From Trichinella spiralis (Eukaryota): a DNA stretch of 64,000 nt. The position numbers and the translations under genes were made by a program. Positions 38,801 to 51,643 of the stretch are shown here, piece by piece; position 1 is the first letter of the stretch, and each line of letters starts with the position of its first letter. The notes beneath the pieces were generated by a model, which ran no database searches, was not told where the DNA came from, and saw nothing but the letters and a program-made list of their open reading frames with translations. The DNA is taken from NCBI RefSeq assembly GCF_000181795.1, contig NW_003526944.1, positions 2,469,434-2,533,433 of the forward strand, written 5' to 3'.

Positions 38801-41110
38801 TGTGCCGTTCATATTCGTGGGACACCGCATCACACTTCATCGCCAGCTTTCCAGATGCGTCCGACTTCAAGCGACAATCCAAGCCTTCAAAATACAAGGT
38901 AAGCAGGAAAAAAATGTTTTTTGCTTTCTGAATTTTGAATATCTGAAAATTCTCTTCTCACCGGGTACGGGACTGTAGGTGATGTAGTTGTAAAGCATTT
39001 CCGAATTCAGCACGCTTTCTCGATCTTCAACAGTATCCAAGTTACTCAGCAAAGCTTGACCATCTTCTAACAGTTCTTTGAACGAGTCCAATTCGTCCAA
39101 CAATGAATTGAGGTTGCTTAAAGTAAACAGGAAAAACAATTTAAATTGATGAGAAAAAAATTCAGTTTCGAAAATAAACTTACGTATGTTGTTCCTGGAG
39201 CGCATTTTCTAACTTTTCGTGACATTTGATCGCTGCTACGTAGTTTTCAGCAACTGACCTGAGAACGTTGCTCATGGGCATCAGCATGAGCAGTTTCAGA
39301 ATTGTGCTCGCTTTTTTGTACTGTGAAGTTGCCTTAAATTTTGACAATAAGTTGAAAGGGAGGGGGGAAGCGTTCAAATTTGTCGTATTTTCATTTTACC
39401 GCGTAAACGTGGCTGACTGTGATCAAAGCTCCGAGAGAATTGTTCATTGCGACGGTCATGTCAGCAACGATCGCTGCATCGGCCAGTCGGTTGCCATGGC
39501 CAAGCACATTCAACAGGCTGAGCATTGGGATGACAATCTGATTCCTGGTATATATTTTTTTCATGATGAACGAGGTTTTTTTCATCAACACAACAACAAT
39601 ATGGATTTACCTCGGCACGAAGTATACTGCAGAACGCAAGCAGTGAACTGCTTCGGTTGAGTTACCCACGGCACGCCAATAATACGAAGCCAACGTGTAT
39701 AATTCCCAGGATGTTGGATTCTTGAAACATCTTTACTTATTGAACAATGAAAAACAACAGTTGGAAAAGCGAACATACCCTTTCCAGTGCTCTCGCCACG
39801 GATGTACCGAAATGTCCTGTGGTAGGCCATTCTCTGAAAACCAAACTGGCGATTGACGTTTCTGGCTTTGATGTTATCAGTGATGGATTGTGAACACTCT
39901 GCAATAATAACAGAAAAAATAATGGAATGAATGAAGAAATTAATCTGAGTGAACAAGAGAACAAGATTCGTCCACCACACCTCAATCTGATCGAGCACAG
40001 CTACGCTGAAGGACAACGACAAGTAGTCGCCACAGTGGGGTTGCCTGGAAACTGCGCCTTCGGAAAGTTTTCGCAGATTTTCAATATCGTCTGGTCTTTA
40101 TAAATCACAGCAAATTATATCATTCAAATGTAGTCCAGCTTCTATTGCACAAATTCATAAATTGTTGATTATCAACTACTGAGACAAATTACAACACATC
40201 TTTTTTAAGACAGCAAATTCATTTTCACATACAGTTAAGTCGTGTTGCTTTGTATATAGTATTTTCTTTGGCTCATTTACATGAAATGTTCAAAAAATTC
40301 TTACTGATAGCCGAAGCCGGACAACGGCACTACAGACGTTGGAAAAGTACCCACCAACTGGACGAACGGCATTGGTGTAGCACAATCTGGATCCGTGGAG
40401 ATGATTTTTATATCAATATCCGGGTCGTCGACAATTTGGCGTTCATTTATCGAATTCTAAGTTCGGAAGTGAAATTGTGCATGAATATCATATTACGGTA
40501 CGTCACATGTTGCGTTCGAATGTTGAACAAATGTATACTACATGGTTATGTGCGCAACATTAACGTAACAGACACACACCACTGTTTTGTCAATTCGAAC
40601 AGATGGATACGTGCTTATTTGACGACGAGCACAACACTATTAGACTCAGATATTATAATAACTCAAATAATTATGATAAATGAAAGTTATCAAAGTGAAA
40701 ACGAAACAAATTATGCTTCAATAAATACAGATATAATTTGCGTCTGTTTCCTTTTTTCACGTACCGCTCTTTTGTGAAGCTCTTTATTGAACGCATTGAT
40801 TTGAAGAAAGATGTTCTCCTGATTCAAGAATTGGACCAAATCATGCGGTCTGATGATGTTGAAAAACGATTCTTTCTAAAGAGAAACGTATTGCTTGAAG
40901 TTCATTTAAAATGGGTAAATTCAGCCGTTACCACCGGCTCGATGACACCGTCGCTAACTATCCACTGATTGATCGCTGTACAACTGTGGAGAAATATGAT
41001 GAAAGTAAAATTGAAATTTATCCAATTGATCATCCTGACGTTTGTTTCGTGTAACTGAAATGAAAGCAGCGTTGCAAAATGAACAAATTTCGTCAATAGT
41101 AATTTTCGGT
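35886..41110 (-). CDS. TTC17: Tetratricopeptide repeat protein 17 (TTC17)-like; 5' end approximate
   Basis: N-terminal WIVSDG..RPHDLVQFLNQE..DPDC; TPR blocks YWLRIIGVP, FNLAALYWRM and SVYWRTIGNSSMAIDCLRHS..ISLANV..HFILANTYA..FYYSTVLLQENFEPAKER match the TTC17 architecture. Start codon not resolved. Confidence 0.85.
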
Positions 41111-44100
41111 GCTACAGCATGACATAAGGGAGGTCAATGGCATCAACGTTCATAAAATTGTGACCCACAAAGAAAAAAGATGGTCAATTTTCCCCCTTTT
41201 CCATTTAATTTCATATTTCTTTATATTGGAGAAGGGATAGTTCATTTTTTTGTGTTCTAATGCAGTTAGTTATTCAACTAGAATACCAGTCAGTTTGAAC
41301 GTTGTGAAAGTAAATTTCAGTTAGTAACAACAGCCATTGTATTCTGAGTGAAAAAATGACAATAAATTACCTCTTTCACATTTGAAGTATAGCAAATTTA
41401 TAAATATGTAAATTAGTATTTTGTACCTTTTCTGGTCGATAAATTTTTATGTTATTTTTGATGAATGTTTTACAGTATACTTACCGTATACAGGATGGGC
41501 ATGGTTTTTGGTTGCGTGCGAAATGATGAGCGAAGTTAATTGTTGTTTTCGAAATATAATTATCAGTTACAATGACTTTTTGATAAATAATACGAGCTTC
41601 ATACGCGTAAATTAATACGAAAAATTCTCAAAGGATAATGGGAAGAGAACATTTTAATCACGAAAAGTGTTTTTTGAATTAATTGTCCACATTGAATTAA
41701 TCGTATTAACTTTGCATTCAGTTGTTTCAAATTCTCAACACTCGGCACTTCGATTGTGATAGGTGGAAGCAATTTTCATTAGCTCAAAGTGATCAGTTGA
41801 TAACATTTGTGAATGTGTGAAAATGATTTTTCTTCTGCCTTGGATAATAATGTTCAAAGTGAATTCAAAGGTACTTTGAATTTATAATTGGAGAACGTTA
41901 AGAATAGAAAAAACAAAATTTTTTTCTGAAGTAAAAGTGGGCATTGAACGTTTTAAAAATGAGTTGCGTTGAAAATTGGTTGACGATATTTGATTTGAAT
42001 TTGATTTGATCCGAATTGCGGTTGTGAAAATGTAAAAAATTTTTTTGCAATTTGGTTTCGTAAGTGGGTAGCAGGAAGGCAGTGTTTGTTTTTGATTCGG
42101 ATGGATTACATGTTCTCTGCATGCATATGTGAGATTATTTATTTATTTATTTATTTGTACCTTTGTGAATTGATGTAAATGGTGAATTAATTTAATTACA
42201 ATGAAACAACAATTGTGGACGGCAGTAGTTAGTGCTTGGTGTTCTGGATTTAAGCAAAAATTAATTGATTGGCATAGATTGGGTGATAAAAAGAGAAGCG
42301 AATAAAATAGAATAGAATAGAATAGAATAGAATGGAATAGATAGCTGAAATGAATATTATTCATCTTGTGAAAATGCGGTTGGGTAAACAAATATTCGTT
42401 TCTTCACTGGTTGGTCGCAGGATTTGGTATCGTTGTCCATTTGGTGGACAATTTATTGTTTGGTCAACAAGCCACGGGTCCCGGTTGACCGAGGCAAATT
42501 GAACAATCGAACAACCGCAGAAGCTTCTCAGAACAAAGTGGAAGTTGCGAGATCACACTCGAGCCGGAGCGTTGCTTTTCGCACGTTCTATTCTGATAAT
42601 TCTATTTTCTCGGTTTTAATAGTGTCGTGTTAGCTAGGGTCCAAATATACTGCAAATTGCAATGAATCAACAACAACGGTTGTGTTGTATTGTGCAAAAA
42701 CAAATCGCCACACCTCTGGACATCTCGTGTCCACTACGGTCGACTTTGGCTGGTTCTGGTTCATTTCCATAGAAGGGGGCAGTTCTTTTTTTTCCCCCAT
42801 TTTGTCAATTGGTGGAACGAAGTGGATCGATTGCCGCCTGCCCACGCCCCCAAGTTCACCTGGATTCATTGTTCCAAGTTGCTCAATTTTGACCAATCGA
42901 TCCTGCTCTCATTGTGCGGGCATTATATAAAACGGTAGAATCAAAAATAAAAAAGTTGTGTTATTTCTGAGAATTATTTGCTTGTTTTTTTCTTTTAAAT
43001 ATAATTTTTATAAATAGACATTTCAAATGGAGGAACGTTGAAATTGTTGTTTTCTTGTTTTTCGATTTTGAAATTATTTCCTTTTTTTTGCTCTATATTC
43101 GGTAAAATTTGAAGAAGCGCAGGTTTGTACGCTTGTCAAATGTATGTATTATTTTTTGCACGAAATAATGGAAATTTTTTCGAAATCGTTTATTTCAAGA
43201 AATTTTTTTATTTAATCACAAATTTGCCCGAAGATATAAAAAAAATTATTCTTTCTTATATCTTGACAAATGACGCCTTTTTTTAAATCTCAAAATTATA
43301 TGTATATGTATATATTAATATAATATTGTTAGTGTTGATTGTCATTTGCACATGTACCATCTGTTCATCCTTGGATGTTTTAAATCATTTTCCAACACGG
43401 AAGTGTCGCAATTGCTGAAGTTCGACGGAGAGTTTGCTTTTTTCACAACCCTTGCTTCTCGGTAAAGCATTTCTTCTTTGAAACATCCACTGTAAACTGG
43501 TGTTATGTTGTTTTCACGATTGGATTTGACTATTTGATTGATTTTTGTTTAAACAATAAATCAAAAGAAAAAAAACATTTAAAGTTGTGTAGTTTTAAGT
43601 TTTTAAGCTCGGAGTTGAAGAGAGGTAGATGATGATGATGTTGAAGGCAACTTTTGTCAGTTTAGATGCACTTCACAGAGTGTTTCGCTTTTTCGCAGAA
43701 GTGGCTATTTAATTAGCTCATAGTGCACAGCTGTTGGTTGCATTGTCACTCTTTTTAAATCCCATTGATAGCAAAACGAGCACAATTATACTGGTGAAAG
43801 CCTGTGCGTCTGTTTTGTGGGACGGCTTGGAATTGTTTTGTAATTTAAGGGAAAATTTTTGCTCAGTTTAATGGGTTTATATATATATATATATGTTAAC
43901 TGATTCATTCATTTATTTATATTTGAAATTTCAAATTTATTCTTCACCTGCTAGCAGAGAATAATGAGCGAAATGTGGACTAGAATTGCTTTAAACTGGA
44001 ATCTAGTAATTTAAAGCAAGCTCGAAAATCAGAACAAAGCTTTCTTGACACTTATCGAATTTACCACTTACAATAATAATAATAATAATATTTTGAGGAA

Positions 44101-47100
44101 ACATTTTCATCTTGAATGAAATATTTTTTTGTTGATTCAGGTAAAATTCCTTTTCTGAATGTTTTACTCGTTTTCCGTTGAGCATTATTTCTCCATGATT
44201 TGCAATCAAGCGGTAAAAAGGCATCTCTTTCTTCATACGGGGAGTGGCAGAGTTAATTTTTTTTTTCAATGAAACTTTTTGATTTGGAAATAATTTCATT
44301 CAAATAAATACTTTATTTTTTTAATGGAAAATATGAATAAATTTCTATGCGCAATTTCAGTTGGTGATGCATTTTCGCCTGAAATATACGGGGGAATAAT
44401 GTAATTTTTGTTGGAACATTTTTGCAAACATGTCATTATGAGCACGCAGGATAGATTGTGTGGGGGGACAGGAAAAATCCAGATCCAAGCAGTTGTTTAA
44501 TTGAGTTTTTCCACTTATTTTATGTAAAAGTTGGTGAAACGCTGAACTTTTGATCAATGTTTTGATAAAGTAGTCAATTTGTTTGAAAGCTTTAGCTAAA
44601 TTGGTCGTAAATTGTTATTTCACATTTTATTCCATTGCAATTTGAAAAAGAATAAAAGAAACAATAGCTTTTTGTTGTTGTAGTTTTGCATATGCACACA
44701 AACAAATGCATATACATATGTATATTTCTAATTTTTTTTAGAATAATTGACATTGTTGAAATGAGGGGCATATTGAAATTTAATTATCCTGATATCTATT
44801 ACTTTATTGTATTATAATTACTATTTGATGTGGTTATTGTGTTTTTGGTCATAGAAAATGTGAGAACTGTTTTTCAGAGGAAAAGTAATATGTGATTAAC
44901 GTTGTGAGAAAGAACTTTTCATTTTTGAAATTTTATTTGAGCTTACAGCGACGACGACATTGGAGCAGTTTAAGCCACGCTATATAGCGCTTGTGTGTTT
45001 GTTGTGACAAACGTGCACTTGTTGTCTTGTTCTATTCTCATCTCTACTCTTCTCTCTCTGTGTGTGTGTGTGTATGTGCTTTTTGCCTTTTGGCTTAGCT
45101 ATGCTATGTGGGCGTGTAAGCTAACGCAGAAACTACCACTTTGCAGACCGAAGCACTTTTCCCACTGGCTAGCCAGTTTTTAGCTTTCGAATTAGCTATT
45201 TGTTCATCAGAGCTAGCCTCGCAGGCAGCGTGCATGCAGCATGCACACGCGCATGCATTCGCTTTGGCTTTCTTGATTTGATTATTGTTAAAACAAATAA
45301 GTTGTGTTTAATTTTTTTTTCACTGAAAATATTTCTTTTTGAAATACGTTTTTAATTTCAATTCTACACACCAGATTGTCTGTAGAACGGACTTTTTAGC
45401 TTTATTTTCACACTCATGCTGTTGTTCATTGATGCATCCGTTCCGTTTAATTGCAATATAAAGAAAGATGTTGCTTATTTTTATGGAAAAAGTTTCACTT
45501 TTTACTCATCCATCACGATTCACGTAATAATGAATTTATCCAAAATAATAATAATAATAATAATAATTTATGCGGATATTTGAATCAAGTATGTTTGTTA
45601 AATTTTGGTAAGAATTTTTGTCATCAAATTTCTCCGTTTAAACCAAAAAGATTGGTAATATCTTTGGGATTGTTTTTCTTGCTCTTTTCTACTACAATTT
45701 TTTGAGTTGAATAGTAGATTAAATCAAACAATATAAGCAAATATTTTTATGCGTTGATCACAGAAAGGGTGACTTGTAATGTTTTCTTTCTTCTTCTTGT
45801 TTTGTTAGCGTCTTGGATATCGTGGAAATTTTACTTTTACACTTGAAATGTTACCAGTGAATGAATGTTAGTAGTTATTATGTGAAGTTGAACAAAAAGC
45901 CACTACTACCTCTCTTTTCAAGCAGGATAAATTGTATATTCATTTCTATTTTTCAACTTATTAAGTTGTTGTGTGACAATTCCATTTTATAAAAGATTTT
46001 CCATTTTCAAATAACAATAATTTTTTATCCAGTGTTAAAAAAATTGTTATTGAGTTTGCCTAAAATGCGCATGCATGCATGCGAAGTGAGCATTGAATGA
46101 ATTATGCGAAGAAAATGCATGTGCAATTGGCTAAAATATTAATCGAAAAAATAAATTGACTTACTCATTAATATGAAAATTAAAAGCGTTGATTTTTATC
46201 ATTTCACTTCATGAACTTGCAAAATGAGGCTATTATTAATGTTTAATTTAGCAATTATCAGTATTGTTGTTGTTGTTGTTATGTGGGAAAATAAACTTTT
46301 ATTCCGTTATTTTTCTTGCATTCATGCATTCAAGCCAATGAGCGACTGTGAAAAATTAATTCAACATCTGTTACTTTGTTTTCTATTGAAATAATTTTTA
46401 AATAATTCAGCTTTTCATATTTTTCTACTTTGTCGCGCGTTTTACTGTCTGCTGTTGATTGAAGTTGGTTTTACTTTATTCATTAGCATTAGCAATTTCT
46501 TTTTCTCTTTCTCTCTCACTGATAATTGTCGTCTTTTGTCCGTTTTTCTGTTCGTCATGATGAATCAAATTTGTCTCTTGTAAGACTTCTTCAAGAACAT
46601 CAAAACGATTATCCATCATTTATAATTACTACAATGCCAGCATGTGCAAAAGTAATCATACTTTTCTCAATATTTGCATTTTGTTGTCCGCTTTTTGTAT
46701 TCATAAATTGTTGTTATTTTGAATATAATGAGCAAATTTGTATTGTTTTCTGGTTTTTTGAAAATTTCAGTTGAAATTTGCATAATTAAAGGGAGAAAGT
46801 TCAGTCGTTGTGATCATTGATAATTGCATCAAATTTCGATGCTGCCTAAAAAGATGTGCATATAAATAAAATATCAATAAATCAAAATTTTATCATATGC
46901 TTTATTTGTTTTATAATTGGTGCAGTTAACAGTTTGAAATAACTTTATAAAAATTAAGTTGTGCAAGAGTTGTATTATTTTTTTATACTGAGCAAATTTA
47001 TTATGGACAGTGCATTTTTATGCATGTGCAGAGAGGGATCAGAGAGGACGAGTAATTTTTTTTAATCGTTCCATACTAAATAATTCGTAGCGATTGTATT

Positions 47101-47645
47101 GCTTGAAAATGCTTCTTATTGTTTATTGATGAATGACCTGTATGTAATGTGACTGTGGAAAATTTCCTTCTGTTTTGTTTAGTTTTGTGCTTTACTTTGG
47201 TTAAAATGAGAAAGGAAAGGTTAGAGAAAAATGGTGCACTAGTGGAAGTTTGTTTGACGTCAGTGTATTTTCTTGGCCAGCGGGTTATGCATATACAAAG
47301 AGTATGTGTTTTGTTCAGAAAGTTGAGCCATCAGGCTTGTTATGTTTTATTGATGCAAGCTTTCAGTCTGCTTGCATATATTTCTCTTCCTTTGCGACGG
47401 CAATCAATTGTCTTCTTTGCTTCGAGTTCAAGTTCTCTTTGTGCTATGTGCAATAGTTCTGTTGACTTTACAAAGAGCCCTTTATGCTCTGCAGCTCATG
47501 CAAATTTAAACTGGTATTCAATATTCATTTGTTTGCAGCTGACATGAAAAACAAAGAAGCAAACATTAGAAAACCTCGAAGCTGACGTAACTGTAGTCTG
47601 TCTTTGACTTTGCTTATTATCTGTCGGTAACAAATTTTTACACGC

Positions 47646-47667
47646 ACATACATACATACATACACAC

Positions 47668-47721
<54 letters not shown>

Positions 47722-47768
47722 TTATTTATTTATTTATTCATTTATTCATTTATTTTTATTTATTTATT
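47646..47768. repeat. Compound microsatellite: (CATA)n, about 19 TA units, then (TTTA)n
   Basis: Read directly; lies about 250 bp upstream of the KCNQ start codon. Confidence 0.95.
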
Positions 47769-48015
47769 TGCATTCAGCTTGGGCTATTTTGCTTTATTCC
47801 AGAAAATTCACCTACACATATACGCACACATGCATATATGTTTATTGTATAAATACGATATGTATGTATGGACGGATATGTGTTTCGACAAAGTCTGAGA
47901 AATGCGATTGGAATTCCTAATCCGTGAGCTGAATGATTGTTTGTTTGTTTATTGACGGGAAAAAGGAGAAAAAAGAATCAACAATGAAATACGATGACTA
48001 CTGTTTCTGATTACA

Positions 48016-51000
48016 ATGAACGAAGCTGCATTGTTGGAATGTTCGGGCTTATCAAAGAAGCCGGATACAGGCAAGCTGCGTCGCTTGCAGTCAAACATTT
48101 ACGATTTCCTCGAACGTCCACACGGATGGCCTGCCATATTTTATCATCTTTTTGTGTAAGATGTTTAAATTATTTTTTTCATATAGAAATTAATGAATTA
48201 GTGAATTTCAACTTCTGGTGTGTAAATTTGTTATAAAAATGAAAAAGAAAAGCTACTGTAAGTATATGTAATTAATTCAACGGATGTGTATGAAATGACT
48301 TCAGTCACGCAATTTCTGTTCTTTTCCTGTGTTAAATATTATAATCGTTTTGATAAATTATTCACATTTAAAATGCTGTAATTTTTGCTTTGGTCTACAG
48401 GCTTTTTCTGGCTGCAAGTTGCTTGGTGCTGTCGGTGCTGTCCACAATTCCGGAATACCAGGAGACCACTGCAATTTTACTATGCATGGTAAATTTGTTT
48501 ACGTTTACGCTGATTTCAGTGTCCAGTTTTATTTATACGGATTTCAGGAAATAATTGTTATAATTTGGTTGGCCGTAGAATACATTTTGAGAATAATGGC
48601 TTGTGGCTGCCGCTCTCGATACCAGGGATTTCGTGGACGAATTCGATACATTTTGACGCCGTATTGTATTTTGGGTGAGCAAATTGTAAATTTTAGATTT
48701 TTCTTAATTGTTTTTTTACAAAATTTTTATTCACTTTCAGATATGATTGTCGTTGTAGCTTCAGCTGTGGTAATCGGCATGGGTACGACGAGTCCGATGT
48801 TCGCCGCACCCGCATTGCGAGGTTTGAGATTCTTTCAAATTCTTCGTATGGTGCGCATCGATCGTCGTGGTGGTTCTTGGAAGCTGTTAGGCAGTGTTGT
48901 TTACCTTCATCGACAGGTAATCGACGAGCTGATGAAAAATTTAAACTAAAGCAACAACAATCGCCGTATTTTAGGAACTTTTGACCACCATGTATATCGG
49001 TTTCTTAGGACTCATTTTTTCTTCCTTTCTGGTCTATTTGTTTGAGAAAAATGAAAATGAACAGTTTTCCACATTTGCCGACGCTCTTTGGTGGGGTGTG
49101 GTAAGTGGAATGTTCGTATTGCTGCTTTTGAATTAAAAATTGCATTTTTAATTTAATTTCATTAAAAGAATAATTGCTAGAAAATTAGATTTGCCTAAAA
49201 CCAGAGAAATGGAACATTTTGTGAGATGTCATTTTGTTTCAGCTTAATCTTGTCATCATCTGGGTAATTTGCAGAGTTGAATTTGAAAAAAAAATTAACG
49301 GAATAAAATTGAAAAAAAATAAATTCTTCGCCGAAAATCCAACAGATCAGTTGGATTATTATTTTGATAAGTTGCTGACGAAGTTGGGCGCATTGTTTGT
49401 TTTATAATATAATGAGCAATAAATTCGAATTAATCTTCACGGTTTATCGTGAGGTGCTTAATCTTGTATTTTAATGATGAGCGTTGGAAAATTGGTCGGA
49501 TGATTTGAGCTCGAATTGTTTTTGCACGTTAGATAACGCTGTGTACGGTCGGTTATGGTGATCGCGTGCCGCAAACTTGGCAGGGTAAAATTGTTGCTTC
49601 ATTTTGCTCTCTTCTTGGCATATCGTTTTTTGCACTGCCTGCGGTGAGCAAAAAGCACACTGTATTGAAATGTGGGATTTGTTGCTATTATTGTGCTCTT
49701 CTATGCTTTAGGGTATTCTTGGATCCGGTTTTGCGCTTAAAGTGCAACAGCACCAACGTCAAAAGCACATCATCCGTAGACGGGTTCCAGCGGCCACTTT
49801 GATTCAGTGTTTCTGGAGGATTCGAATTATTGAACGCAATCCGCCGTCGAATTTGATTGGTCGAATAATGGTAAAGAAACTTATACCTCGGTATTGATTT
49901 ATTATTGATGCTTATTGTTGTTATTCTTGTAATGAATTATTGAATATTTGGGTCATTTTTAATAAGGCTCAAAATGGATCATGAGCGCTCGTCAAGTCGT
50001 CTATCGTCCACAAATTTGTGCTCGCCATTTTCAAAAGGTTCCCAACAACAGCAACAGTCAGTCGATCAACCATCCGATGCGTTTTATTCTTCTTATCCAA
50101 CTAGCACGGAAGTGCCGAGGAAGAAAACTGGCCGATTGGGCACGTTTGCCTTTGCCGATGTATCCGGCTATCTGTTCTCCCCCTCAATCATGCGCTATCG
50201 TTCTTCTCGTCTTCAGCCGGAACAACGACCAAACAATACTGCTGAATGGTCCGGTACGACTGCGGTTGTTTATTCACAAAATATCTCTCTCCCTCTATAT
50301 TATATATATACATATATGCGTGTATGTGATTGGCTTTGTTACTACTTTATTCGAATTTTCTTTCAGCTGAAGACGATAGTATCGGTGATTGTGAGATGGT
50401 TTGCCTGGAGCAATTGGGCAGCAGTTATCGCAATGCCTTGAGAGCTATTCGTCGGTTGAAGTATATGGTCGCGAGAAGGAAATTTCGTGAAGCACTGAAA
50501 CCGTACGACGTGAAAGATGTAATCGAACAATATTCTGCTGGACATGCGGAAATGCTCGTCCGGGTTAAAATATTGCAACAACGGTATTTGCGACGAGTAT
50601 CTGATCCATTTGATGGGATAATTTCTGTTGTTTCCATTTCTCTTCAGATTGGATGATATTGCTACAAAAGCTTCTTTGCATTCATCAGCAGATGCTTTTT
50701 TAAATCAGAAAACTCTGCTCTCACGAATGAATGCTTTCGACAAGCAGGTAAAAGAAAAATAGGATTGGATTAGATTAGATTGGATTTTTTTATGAACATG
50801 ATTTTTTACACATTTGATTATTTGTTGCAGATTTGTGATATTGATTTTAAATTGTCCCAAGTGTTGAGATTGTTGGCAAAATCTGGAACTGAGAAAACGT
50901 TGCATGCGATGGATTGGTCAGCGGAAGATGGGCCGGTAATGTCGCCGGTTATGAAGTGTAATTCGCCGGACGTTAGCCCACTGTCGACGACGGTCATCTA

Positions 51001-51142
51001 TGAAGAACAAAACGAGCTTGATGGGGAAATATTGGCACCGGGCATCAATTCGCATATTTTGTTTCAAGAGAAAAATCTGCTAACAGTTCCGAAAACAGCC
51101 GGACCATCGTCTCTCAGTTCATCTGAATTGGACAGCTATTGA
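48016..51142 (+). CDS. KCNQ: KCNQ (Kv7) voltage-gated potassium channel, KQT-1/KCNQ2-5-like
   Basis: [16 protein letters not shown]4 [30 protein letters not shown]; pore [21 protein letters not shown]6 [37 protein letters not shown]; helices [27 protein letters not shown]. Confidence 0.97.
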
Positions 51143-51643
51143 TGAACCCTATTCACATCATCTTCTGTGCGTCATCACGGACGACAGAGCACACTGGGAG
51201 TCGATAACTTTACTCAGGGTTGTGTATTTGTAAATATTTGAGCTTTAAACAATTCTGTTCCCAGTAGGTTTTTTTAATATTTTTTTAAAAATTGAATTCA
51301 TCATAATAATTACTGCTAATAAAAATATTTCAAGCAATATACGTTTGCGAATTTAATTAATTTTAATTTATCAGGACAATTTACGCTTAAAATCTTTTTC
51401 AATATACATCTGTATATCTGTGTTTATAAATTAAGTGTTATTATTAGTTTTTCAATCGATTGATTTTCATTTTGTTTTCAATTCGTTTGTAGCGTTTATT
51501 CCACTTGATAGCATGTAGCGTGTACAGAATGCTTTAATGAGAAAAAGTCCAAAGATTAATAATGTTAAAAACAATAATCATTCAAGTTTAAATTGAATTA
51601 GGCATTATTTTGAATGAAATGAATAATTATATGATCATTTTAG

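Noticed and set aside
40250..40968. 175-aa and 76-aa + strand ORFs
   Set aside because: Antisense to TTC17 exons and introns.
41862..41882. Hairpin AATTCAAAG-GTA-CTTTGAATT around an AAG|GTA donor, resembling a spliced-leader RNA
   Set aside because: No convincing Sm site flanked by further stem-loops; cannot be supported without a covariance search.
42630..42938. Overlapping 82-88 aa ORFs on both strands
   Set aside because: No recognisable domain or splice context.
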